The translations under genes were made by a program, and so were the position numbers. From Phoronis australis (Eukaryota; Animalia; Phoronida), in NCBI GenBank assembly GCA_002633005.1, contig NMRA01000194.1:144458-208457 (forward strand): a DNA stretch of 64,000 nt, written 5' to 3'. Shown here in pieces: positions 19,686-31,858 of the stretch. The notes under the pieces were generated by a model. That model saw nothing but the letters and a program-made list of their open reading frames with translations. It was not told the origin of the DNA and made no database searches. Each line of letters begins with the position of its first letter. Within the stretch, counting starts at the first letter, position 1.

Positions 19686-21759
19686 CATTTGTTCGTGATT
19701 TTGGTCATTTCTTTGTAATATGAAGTTGGTTTCGTAAAATGTAACAATGGTACATTTCTCGCTTGTGCATTTGCCGTAAAAAGTAACAACCACTTGAAAT
19801 GTAACAACTTGTTACCTTTTAGGAAAGGCTTAGCAACGTAAAATGTATTAATGACGTAAAATGCCTGTCCGTAGGGGCAATTTCATTTGTGATCAATGTG
19901 AAATCAAAGAAAATTTTGATGAATTGTGAAAAAAAACGTTTATCATAGAAAAACATTTATTTTTAGGCCTCATTGGCAGCTTTTAAGGCATGAATCAACT
20001 TTTATTTTATCTTTTTGACTAAGAAAATTGAAGGGTCGTGACGGATGTGGCAGGCAATTTGAATTTTTGAAAAATCTTTCTTCAACATTAATTTTCTGTA
20101 AATTGTTAAAAGTTACAGTTTTTCGTTTTATATAATTAAGTTCTATGTTTGAGAAGTATAGCAAGCTAAATTTTTGATATCTTCCAAGAAATTTTGTAGG
20201 ACAATTAGTTGAGTGTGAGTGGTGTACGTATATGCTCTGAATTCCTAATATTGAGTTGTTGTGATAGCGACTCAGAATAATTCAAACTTCAGTATTTAAG
20301 CTGTATTGGTCTTCTGGAAGTGATTCAAACAAATGAAATGAAAGATTTTGTCAAAGTCTGTGAACCGAAGTAGTGTTCTACATATAGATAAATTGCTGTC
20401 GTTGAACCAGCAAAAAACTTTCAAAGGTAGTGAAATTCTAAAATATAACTTTTATGCTATAAATCTAGTCGTGTTGCGGGAACAAGCGAAGAATGTGGCC
20501 ATGCTTTTCTGCCAATTTTTTAGTTTCTTTATTTAAATATATGCACATGTCCATAGGCCCAAATTACAACATATAGGTACAAGATGGTACATTGTCAGGT
20601 GCGTTACAGATAGTAATTTGTGACGCTTGAGAGCATGGTAGACGAATTTTAGTGGAGAGGTATCCGGAGTTCTCATCAGATATTCAAATTTAGATACTGT
20701 GAGAGTATGACAAATGCGACAACTTAAGTACTGTCAATTCTTCTTGCCATTAATTAGTGACAATTCAATTAACTCATTTTTTGTTTTTAATTGCCTTGAA
20801 TGCTAACAGTAACTTCTCGGAATAGTATTGTTTGTGAATCTGAATATCTTGATTTTCATGTTGAGGTAGGTCTGTAGTCGGGCTTGTTTTTGCTGTAGGG
20901 ATGAAGCTGATACACCGCCTTGCAAAAGCTTGCATGCGGTAGTTGAGGGAACATGGTTTCTGTTGACTGGTGCAGCCTTTGTGGACCAACATTGTGAAGT
21001 TGAGCCACTCAAATTTGATACAACGTGTGAATGTAATACCAACGATTTACGTAGGTTGCTCAACGCGTGGGCCAAAGCCTCTATGAGAAAACAAACCCAC
21101 TTACGCATTTAAGAATTCCAAGTTTAGTAAATGAGAGTTCGCTCTGACATAAAGAAACAGTGAACTTGTTGTCTTATATTTATTTCAACCCTAGCAGATA
21201 CACAATTTGAAAAGCCATTGAAATGACTTTATTGTATATTAATTAAATATTGTTTTCCTGTTGGTTTTCACTATTTTGATAAGCTTTGTAACATTTCGTC
21301 TTTTGTTCATGTATATTGTGTTACACGATAAAATACATCATGAAAAAATATTTTCCGTTTCAATATGAAGACGCTTCACACCCATTTAAACACATGGCTG
21401 ACATGTGTCATTGCTTCAGTGAGCACTCTAAGTGATGATGTTGTTAAATTGTACGCAGTCACAGTCTGAGAAGTTTGTTTCACTAAACAGAAAAGAATAT
21501 AAAATGATAAACTGTAAAATACTATATATCTGTAACCAAATTTTGACAAGTGGATCATGGTCTGGGTGCAGTAGAGCAGGCAGAGATTATTTGGGACCAG
21601 TAAGGAAATGCACACAACGTGTTTGAAATAAATTATAGCAGTGACATACGTCCTGCAAATTCACATCTTCAGTAAAAATGTGAAGATCACTGACAGGGTT
21701 CTTTTGAGTGATGTATCCTATATATATACATGCTTGTACGTGCATGCACATGTATATGT

Positions 21760-22175
21760 ATATGTATGTTTCATTGAAAAGTAAGCTGTTCTTGGCTTTA
21801 ATTAGTTCGTACAACAAACTTTCGTAGTGTCTACACAAGTGTCTTTCATCGGATGGTAGTTGATATAATAGATCGCCCAGTGTAAGTGGCATCACGAACG
21901 CATATATATGAGTAAATATATAATAAAACTCTGTACAAAACATATCATAATAAAACAGTAGCGGTACTTCGACTATACATCAGTCATCAGAGGCAAATAA
22001 ATTTAAAAATCATAAACGCTAAGTTACATGAAACAGAAACAATGACATTAAACGCGAATATAAGGTTGCATACATAAGAGCGCAATTACAGAAGGAATTG
22101 TCATGGAAACTAATGTACTATGAAACGTTGTAAAATTTAATAAAATACATAGGTGTTACAACTTATGGACATTAT

Positions 22176-22180
<5 letters not shown>
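21760..22180 (-). mobile_element. Penelope-like pseudo-LTR and ORF-start fragment between TA-rich microsatellites
   Basis: - strand MPLTLGDLLYQLPSDERHLCRHYESLLYELIKAKNSLLFNET resembles a Penelope ORF N-terminus and runs into TA/TG repeats. A degenerate CTGATGA..GAA hammerhead-like motif lies upstream at ~21960-21995. Confidence 0.5.
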
Positions 22181-22238
<58 letters not shown>

Positions 22239-22240
22239 TA
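22178..22240. repeat. (TA)n microsatellite
   Basis: Direct reading. Confidence 0.98.
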
Positions 22241-23619
22241 GGACAGAACTCTAAAAAGAATAACGTCATTTGTCATTCGTACCAAAGCCTTGGCTTTATG
22301 TAAGATGTGTAGTTGACAAGTTGGGTCATAGTATGCATAAAACCCTAAGCCAAAAATTTCATCTAATTTGTTTGCTTCTCATAAACCGTAGAGTTCACAG
22401 CTACTAGGTAATTGTCCGTTCAACTCAGGGAAGCCTAGAAAACCACTTCCGTGTGCCTACTTGTGGGGAAGTTAATATAATTTTGCTGGTTTTAATGTCA
22501 TTGAGTGATTTACTTTAGGAATTTAAAAAGTTCCCAAGGTTTGGCGGGCACGTTTTCGAAAAATTGGACCTAAAAATTGACATTTTGCAAAATTTGTCAC
22601 AGTAAAGCATTCTTTAAAAACCAACAACACTGAGCGAAATCTAAATCAAAATATGGATAACTTAACATTTGCAATGCTTGTTCATTGAATTCACCACCAT
22701 CGCGTTCTGTCCTCAATTGTCTCAGCATCGGGACTTGCCCATTGTTTATGAAAAAGTCAACAAGGGTCCCCTTGTTTTCGCCACAAGACAAAAGCTTCTT
22801 TAACTGCTTTGGAATTTTCTGATCAGGCTGGGTAAATTAATTTTGTCAAAATTCTCAGCAAAGGTAAACCTTAAGAAAAAGGAATATCCCTACCAGCATT
22901 GAGTGTACTGTGCAACTGTCATCAAACAACACCTGGTAAACGTACTGTAGTTCAGCCTTTGAAAAATAGAATGACGTCATTTTGGCAATAGTTTCTGCGT
23001 GAAACTGAAAAACGTTTACCATAGTACAAAAGCTTATTCTGACGTGTCCTGTTTTAGAGGGTAAATAATTGGAAGAATAGACATTTTTCCAGTCTACGCT
23101 AAAAATTCTCCAGTTTGGGACAGTCTCTAAAATTTGGGACAAAGAAATCTGAGCTAAAGTTGAATTTTCTTGATTGTGAAATTTGAAGGACGGACTATTT
23201 TTGCCTTTTTGTATGTCTTAAGTCCCAAACACTGCATTTTAACATGGTCTGAAAATAGGCTTGGAAGTTCATAAAAAGCAGAACTGATCTCTTAAACGTC
23301 AGTTAACTTGCCGCCAGTGCTTTAAGTTTAGGACGGCCAATTGACAGCAAATTTCAAAAATTTGGAACAAACGTGGACCTCAAGCAAAAAAAATAATTTT
23401 TTCATATCCTAAACAAAAGATTTTTAACCGTAATTCATAGTTTTTTCAACTAAAGTACTTATCTGTCAATGTTTCAAAGGTGGAAAGTTTTCACGTTTCC
23501 TTTTTTGTTGTTGTCTGTAAGTTGTAACCCACATCGCTTTCTGGCAAATGACACATAGAACCCGGGAAAGAACGAACCCGTGACGCATAGAACCCGTGAC
23601 GCAATGCTACGCTCCCATT

Positions 23620-26600
23620 ATGGTGGAGCAGATCAGTGAAAAATCGTTCAAATTATGATACAAGCACCAAATTTGGCACATATATTTCTTATAGGGGATA
23701 GATTTAAAAATCACGTTAGCCATGTGAAAAAATCAAAATGGCGGCCATTTTTCAAGATGGCCGCCATCAGCGACTTGGTTTTTCATTTTGTGAATATCAC
23801 TTTAAAATATGATTCTGGCAACTAGAAGTATCTAAAGATATTATTTTACCCAGAATGTACAACTATTTTACGATTTTTATTTTTTTTTGCAACAACAACT
23901 TGCTGAACAGATAATAAGCAGTAAATTCGCTTTGCTCATGAATGTTTCATTCAGAGCGCAGCTATACAAAGCTGTGCATCACAGGCTGAACTTGAAGCAC
24001 TTGCATCTTCTGCGGCACTTTGTCTTGCAGTAAAACGTAGCTGTTGGCTACGCCGAGCTACTGGGGAAAGTGTGTTTGTTTCCTTTTTGATACAACCGTC
24101 GTTCCGCGGAACTCTCCGCACTGGGCTGACAAACCAAGGTTTCGTTCCAAATGCATCCTGCCTGATATGCTGCACGCTTGATGTGCTGAGCAAGGGCTGC
24201 TGAAGTTGGAGGAATGGCTTCATACGTCCTTTGATTCCTCGCAAAAAGTTCTAGCCGTGCATCATCAACTACTTCAGCAGAACTACAGCGCCCATACATC
24301 ATGACAAACTTCTCCATAAACTTCTTGCCAAGGTCTTCATTTGTCACAAGATAGCAACTCAATATGCTGAATACCTCTGAATTTTCTTGGTACTCATCCA
24401 ATGTCTGCCAGGATGACTTCTGTCCCTTTCCTCTGAATGACGAAACGATATCGCAGCCCGTGAAGGATTGAAAGAACAGTATTCCGCGGATCTTTTCCGG
24501 AGGAAGAGCCAAAACAAACTCGTGTTCTGGGATATATCTGAGGTTGCATCCTTGGCCAAAAGCAAGTTATAATTTCTGAATTCCGAGTTCTTGCATTTGT
24601 GTGAAGGTACTGACAGCGATCACGAGAATATCTGTATCATTGATACTTATCAAGATTCTTTGCATGACTTCCTTCACAGAGCATGACTGGCATGTAGGAA
24701 GATTCTTGTTTTTGCGAGGATTAATCCCACCCAGACTCGTTTCGGGATGGCTGCTGAGGACATCAGGACCTTTAGTGATGACGACATGGTATTCTGTGAG
24801 CAGCTCCACTACTTTCTGAGCCCTGAACTCAAACAGCACAGTTTTGTTGGCAGAATGACGGAGGAAGCTGCGCCAGTTTCGTGGCACTTTTTCAGTTCCT
24901 GTGACGCGGCGTCTGACTCCATGTCAACGTTTCTGGGTGCTAAATAAACATCAAATACAATATCTGTTCTCTGATACTTCATGGCCCATGCTTCAACCTT
25001 TGAGACAAATTTCAGCAGAGCATATTCTTGGAGGCAGCACATTGACCAGAGCTGAGCTATCGATAATGATGGCATGAATCACAGGCTGTGTATCAGACAG
25101 TGTGACCTTGGTTTCAAGAATGACAGCTAGCTGTGATTTCTGGCAGACATGTAGCATTCTGCCGTCGCTGAGCGCTGCTGTGAGAGGATGATTCTCGTGG
25201 CGAAAAGAAAAAATAATTTTAGATCACATTCTCCGCTCTGACAGGAGATGAATAGCCTCGAAAACAACTGGCGTTCTTCCTTCAATACTTTCTCTTTTGC
25301 AAAAGCATCCCTTTCGTCCGCGTTTGGGTGAGCAACATCTTTGTTGTCTAGGCTCAGCAGATCTTCGACTTCTTCTTCAAATGGATTTTCAATTGTACTG
25401 GTCAATCTTTGTACCCTTTTCAGGAATGTTATCTAATTAGTCACGGTGGCTTGTCTGTTTGGTCACATCTCTCAACACTAATGGCTCTTCATCTTGCGCT
25501 GTGAGCTGAGAGACAACAGGGATTTTGCGTCTTCGCTGATTCCAGTCACTCCACCATCATCTTTGACGACATCATTGGCCTGTTCATGGGTTTGGTCGGT
25601 TGCCATTGCAGAAAAAGCTTTGTCTGACTTACGGACACCAAACTACCCATCATGAAAAGCTTCTGCAACTTGGTGATGTGTTTTGTCAAATTCATCATGT
25701 CAAGCAGGTGAATTGGAAGAGACCGAACATAGTTCACATTGTTGTTTGTGAACAGGTATGGGGTCATCTCACACAGAGAAAGGCGACAGAGACCGAAGTT
25801 AGCTTCTCTCAAAGACCTGATAAAAATCAGAGTGGCTAACTCCTTCGACAGCACAAATGCTGTATTGAAACTAAAGGCTCTGTAGTTTGCAACGTTAACA
25901 CCAATCTTCAAAACTCATGATTCCAGGATTAGGTGACAACTGTACATTTGTACAGTAGGCATTATAAGCCAATTTCAGGAGCCTGTAGAGGCTACGCACT
26001 GTCACCTGATGGGTTTGTCAGGTCATCGTGACATTTCCAGCTGACAAGAATGACTCAGCTGTGCAAGGTGAGGCCACACCTGCTTCGGTTTGAGCTCCTG
26101 TCCACCCACTGCCTTGAAGAAGGGAATCCAGAGGGCGTAGCGCGGTCATTTCGATGTGTAAACCTCCGAACATGATGACAAATTTCTGCTCACAGTACTC
26201 TTCAGGCCACTATTATTGAACCTGCATAGCCATTGCTTAAATTTGTTGGTCCTCCGTGATCACTGACATTTCTCCAGGATTGGGTAACTTCACTGCATCT
26301 CTGACCTTATCCATTACATGTCAAATTGTGACTACAGAGTGAGCTTCATCTCTCTGCAAAGGCATCACAGCAGAGATACAGGCCTGATATATAGGGCCAC
26401 TTTTTTCTCTGCGTAATGGGCAGACCATGGTAGACTCGCTGATTCATGTACTTCTTTTGTACTGCAAACTTTCGCAACCTAATCATATCCTAGCGTCAAT
26501 TGAGACTGCAGCATGTTGGTGTCTGGAAATGGGAAGTCAAGTACTTGAGGAGATGGTGCTCTACAGTCGGAGAAGTGTTCAGGTCGAAGTTTAGGAACTG

Positions 26601-27330
26601 TCTTTGTCTTGCTGCCTGTCAATGGCAGTTGTTCACGCTTATGTCTCTTATTTCGTTCAGTAGGGTGCTGAAATGCATGTTCCGTGGAAAGACGTGCTGG
26701 GCGTTGTAGAAGTTGGATTGTGATCCATGGCAACAGTGGTGAACAGATCTGTGCGTAGTTCAGGTGGACAGTCAATTCCTTCTTCTGTATACTTCGTCAC
26801 TACTGCCATTACTCTGTCACAGGATATATTTAGACCATCATCATAACGCATCTCTATCACCTTTCTCTTCCTGTTTTTTGCAAAGTTTTAGAAATAATAT
26901 TGTTTATGCGCCCATGTGGGTGCAGCAATGAAAATTAATACTCTAAGCAATCTAGGACTGAAGATGTATTACCAAAATGTAAAAATTAACCAACCTTGCT
27001 GAATTTGGTACGTCACTTTCCTCTACGTTATGGGTATGTTTTCCTTATTTTCAAATAAAAATGAGCAATGTTCACAATATTTTGTTCAAACATAGACTTT
27101 TTGATTCTACATACAAAATTAGATATTTTGATACCAAAATTAAACAAATTTCTTAACAACCCAATGTTATGCAAGAATATGCAAATGGCGACCATCTTGA
27201 AAATGTCCGCCATTTTGAATTTTTGCATGGCTAATGTTCTTTTTTGAAGCAGCACTCTTACTTGGATATACATACCAAATTTGGTGTTTGTATCATAAAG
27301 TGAACGGTCTTTTTTCCTTGTTTGTGATAG
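23620..27330 (-). mobile_element. Degenerate Academ-type DNA transposon
   Basis: Imperfect ~130-bp inverted repeats at ~23640-23767 and ~27185-27316. Fragmented - strand ORFs carry DHNP..SFHGT.IS, NYVR.LPIHL.DM, NPF, DTDILV, XPG-like FTGCD..SSFRGKG, PPTSAAL.QH.KRAAYQ and a Cys-rich tail. Exact ends are uncertain. Confidence 0.78.
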
Positions 27331-27658
27331 CGTAGCTCTGTTTTGCCACAAAAACTTCATTGAGGCTCTCCTTGCACTCAAATTCAATCCCTTTGTTTAC
27401 ATAATCAGTAGTCTTAGTTGATTCAGGAGGTTATGCCTGTGGATTCCAGAAGCTCAGAATTGGGAGTAGTGTCCTAGACGTGAATGTAACAAGGGGCAGA
27501 AAACTTGACAATCTTTTGCTGTGTCGATAAATCATACAATCATACAATAATTCATCTTCCCAGCAGTGTTTCAGCTGCCACAAAACTCCTGTTTGGTTTG
27601 AGAACTAAAAATGGTTCAGGAAGCAGACATCTGGGGAACGGAAGCGTAGCATTGAGTC

Positions 27659-27813
27659 CTGCCTCCCGTTCAGTAGCGCTAGGACCTCGCTAAAAAGCAA
27701 GACTTCGCGAGATTACATGAGATATTGCCATGTATTTTAAATGAGAACACGTGACTTTGACTAGGTTTTAGCTAGGTCCTAGCGTAGGTCCTAGCGTCTA
27801 CTGAACGCACGCC
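27659..27813. mobile_element. Small MITE
   Basis: TIRs cgttcagtagcgctaggacc / ggtcctagcgtctactgaacg; a second partial copy lies at ~33299-33410. Confidence 0.7.
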
Positions 27814-30379
27814 TGGGTTCTATGCATATTCTATGTATATCGCACAATACAGGTGCTTGAAATATATTTTTGTATCCATCCATTTATTGCTTCATTGTAC
27901 TGTGTAATGTGTATTATTTGTATGCAAGACTTCGTTTCCCTTGTTTATTGCCAAATGTCTATAAAACTACAGAATTTAAATCAGCAAAGATACGTCATAT
28001 ACTTTTAAAAGTAGAAAGCCTGTAGGAGTTTGTCATTCACTCGGTCACGTGGCCATGTCTTTGAAGTAACATTTAGCAAAAGAATAGTACATTGATAACA
28101 AAACAACCGTATCAATTACATGGCCAGATTTCATCAGATATAAATGTTCAAAGTGAAATGTCAATTATCTAGTTACAGGTTTCTAGATTATCATTTCCTT
28201 ATTTTGAGTCTTTCATGAAAATCATAAATGCCCTTTTCGAAAGCCCCTAAGCGTTTTGGAGAGCTGTGCATAAATCATGATAGGTTTCATTTCCGGGATA
28301 GGATGTTCCGAAGTTGGAATTTTTCTAGGGTCCTGAATAACCTTAAATTGGGACGTATTTTGAGAATTATGACTCAAACACACGAGAGGTGTAGTACAAA
28401 AGCATGCACTTTATTACTATTAACAGACACTTCTCAAATCTTGTTCAAAGTTAACTTGGGCTTGCAGTTTTTTCTAATGTTTATGTGTTTGACTGTGACG
28501 CTACCTGCATGTGCACGATATTGTGATAGAATTTCTTGTGGCCTAACACAAATCTAAAACTAACGCTTTCACGATTTTTTATAAAAAATGACAGCACATA
28601 ATTTGGAAATGAAAAATTTTCCGACTGAATCTGCGTCACGGTACAGTTCACGACATTCTCCTTTCAAGGATAATGAACCAATGGATTTCCTTGTTTTGTA
28701 GCTTCGTTTAACCCTAATGACTTCAGTTGTCTAACCCAGGAAAAATGTCTCAAAAAGTGTGTTTTTGACCGAAGAAAAATATTATATATCTTTAGATTAT
28801 TAAACTAAAAGCGAATATAGCTTATTGATAGTTAAATGAACATTAAACTTATGAGCTTTTTATGTTTTGACCTTAACCCTGAACTCTTTGAAAACACTTA
28901 GCTAACGAGCATTCACATTTACAGTAATTTGCTAATGAAAATACATTCTGAATTAATTTTGTATCGTTAGTAGTTTCTTGTAGAAAGTGAACGCTAGTAT
29001 TGTAGACATATCAGTTAAAAAGCTCATATAAACACATATATTTTAATCCTATATCTTTCAGGTGAGGTAACGTCACAATGCTTTCCTGGATTCAAGCAAC
29101 CGTGCCAGAGTTTATGAATTTTAGGAAACTTTAATTGCGTGTTTTTTTATCTGTACAAGTAAGTTAATGTGATGGTAAACTTATTTTGGCAGTTATTTCT
29201 TATAAAAAGCGTTCGTTATTGAAAACTATTTTATTACGAAATACACTTTATGTTTCCATATTTTATCACTAATTGTGATTAATGAACGAAAAAACGCACA
29301 GAACATAAACCAAAAACCGCTAGAAGAACGAAACTGGAAAGTGTACTATATAAGACGCTCGTTCTTATTGTTCCAGTTCAAAGATATGTCCGATAGTCAG
29401 TCGGGACAACGCAATTCATTAAAAATTTGTTAACTTCAGTTATGAAAATGACTGCATGATGTGGGGGAAGCGGACACGTCCCTCTATAACTTGCAATTTC
29501 AGGAACAAAATTACATTGGTGGCGAGTGCTGGAAACCGGCAGTGTGGAGAGGACTGAGATTAGAAATTAAGCAGGAAGAAAGCACAATTTTGTGTCTTGA
29601 AGTCCCATGCTAGTTCATTTTCAAGTCTACATTGACAGGCATTCTATTTCTTAGGTGGCTGTCCGATGTTAAAATTTTCATTCTCGTTCATCTATGCAAT
29701 AAGTTTCTCGGGCAAAAAGAGTTGCTTCTCACCGTTGAGCTCTGCGAAAACATCTGTTGCCGCCGCTTACAGTGACGTTATCGGTGATTTTCTGAAGTTA
29801 CAGAACTAGTTCTATGCTGAAATCATCCCCACAGCAGATTCTAACCGGCAACAATCGTGGTTGAAGCCAAACGCTCTGCTGACGTGTTAAATCACACTCG
29901 ATAAATTAATGTGAAAAAGCATAAATCCATTAATGACGACATTAATCAATAAATGTCTAAATGTTTACGTGTGTAATTTATGGACGCAGATTAAATATTA
30001 ATGCCGATGCTTTACGCCAAATTGTCAACAGGAAATTGACGAAGAACGCTTTAATAAACATTTAAACGTTACATAAATATATAGGAATAAACGTTTCTAT
30101 CGGAACTTAAACCATTGTCAGTGCTGATAAACAGAATCATAGGTGACACCAGATATTACAAGTCTAAACAAAAAACGAATGAAAGGGAAAAGAGAGATTA
30201 GGGGGAGGTCTGTCATGTATGCATGTAAACGAGACGGAGTCACATGTTCAACTGCTCTATTAAGATCTGAGCTAATGCATTACAGGAACGGTAACCGAGC
30301 TCAGGGGTCAACACAGGGTTACGACCTCCATATATGACAAGGTTCGCGCAAATCACTCTAGGGCTGGAATCATGACCAT

Positions 30380-30615
30380 AGCTGAAGTACAATATTCAGT
30401 GACAAGGACGATTTCGACTCGAGAATGCATGGGCAATGCCTCTTTGATCTGTAAACAGTTGATGTTGTTCTCCTAATACTTGCCTTGTCAAAATCAATCA
30501 CATGTTGAGTAGCCACCGAGTAACCACAGATAGCACAGTTGGCCTCTGTTTTATATTCGCCTATGCGCTGAGTGAGATGCCCCATTGTCTAACATAAAAT
30601 TTCGGGCAATCCCGA
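30380..30615 (-). pseudogene. Degraded Penelope-like GIY-YIG fragment
   Basis: - strand CPKFYV.Q..HLTQRIGEYK...CAICGYSVATQHVIDFDKASI resembles C..YVGQT.R.L..RI.EH...SAI..H....H.IDFD.A.I. Confidence 0.55.
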
Positions 30616-30917
30616 CGAACAGTCAGGTAGACGACATTACCGCGGTCAAAGTATGGTGTTTACAGGGTTGTAGACAGTTTAATGTTTACATTGTTTATGG
30701 TTAATTTGCAAATGCTGACTAAACTGATAATTTAATTCAAATATTCAGAAATTGTGCTTTTCAGGTGCTACTTGATGACTTTCATAAGAATTTAGAAGTG
30801 GCTGAATGTTTGAAAGTTTTAAGATGTGTTGATCTCTGGAAAGAGTGACAGTTAATTCCATCGTCGAGTGATCTTCTAAGGGAGGCCTGCCTTCAAGGGT
30901 TGTACGATTTCACAATA

Positions 30918-31858
30918 GGCGGATCTAGGGGCCCGCCCCCCCCCCCNNNNNNNNNNNNNNNNNNNNNNNNNNNNNNNNNNNNNNNNNNNNNNNNNNNNNN
31001 NNNNNTTAAATGTGTGCAGTTTTAGTGTTGGGGGGGGGGGTGAGGGGGGGCTCAAATCCAATTTCAAGTGTCAAATTCGGAACACGGCGCATTCGTAACG
31101 GAACTATGGCTAAGTATAGGCTCTCCCGCGATATCCCAGGCGACCGGCAGTAGCGCTGCGCACTACGACTCCGTTTCCGTCGTCTGCTCCACTGCGCAAT
31201 GAAGAAAATTTACTTCGTTTTTTAAAGAAAATGGAACCTGAGTGACGATGAAAAACAGAAGCTGCTGGTAAGATGTGTTTAATCGAAGCCTTAGTGAATC
31301 ACTCAGAAACTCGCAATACTCTCTTTGCCAAACCTTATCTTGAGACGATTTCCAAAGCAATCCCGTCATTATTGCCAACACGAAAAACGGATTTGGTCTT
31401 TTGGGCATTTGAAGACTATTTTAAATACGACAAATTTGTTAAGAATATAAAACGTGTAATAAGCATTACAAAAATAAGTAGGTTTCGCGCGCAAACGCTG
31501 TGGACAGTAGGTCTCTTAGAAAGAGATTAGTAGATAAATCGTGGTGGTGTAGTGGTAACGCACGCGCGCTCTACCCGCCAGGTCGTGAGTTCGAATCATA
31601 GTTTCTTGCAGTTTTTTCTGTTCGACACGTTCTCCGATTTTTTTTTTTTGTGCCTCTTTTGTCTTCAGGAATCAAGGAAATGCTTGATTTTTAGAGGTAA
31701 AAACAGAAAAATTTCTTTGGCGGGAGGGGGGCAAACCCCTTCCCGACCTCCCCCCACTTCGGTGCTATGCGCATCTACAATCGTGGTTCAGTTTGCGCAA
31801 ATGCTTACAGCCGGACAAAATGTTGGGCCCCCCTTGTGATATCCTAGATCCGCCACTG
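30918..31858 (+). mobile_element. Non-autonomous TIR element, copy 2 (contains a small N gap at 30947-31005)
   Basis: Termini GGCGGATCTAGG...CCTAGATCCGCC(ACTG); body homologous to 18860-19685; tRNA-like segment at 31541-31598. Confidence 0.8.

Noticed and set aside
21955-22000. Second hammerhead ribozyme on the - strand
   Set aside because: CTGATGA is present, but GAAA reads GAAG and stems I and III cannot be formed; at best a dead remnant.
22263-23553. Possible TIR element (gtcatttgtca / tggcaaatgac)
   Set aside because: The inverted match is only about 11 bp and imperfect, with no TSD or coding support.
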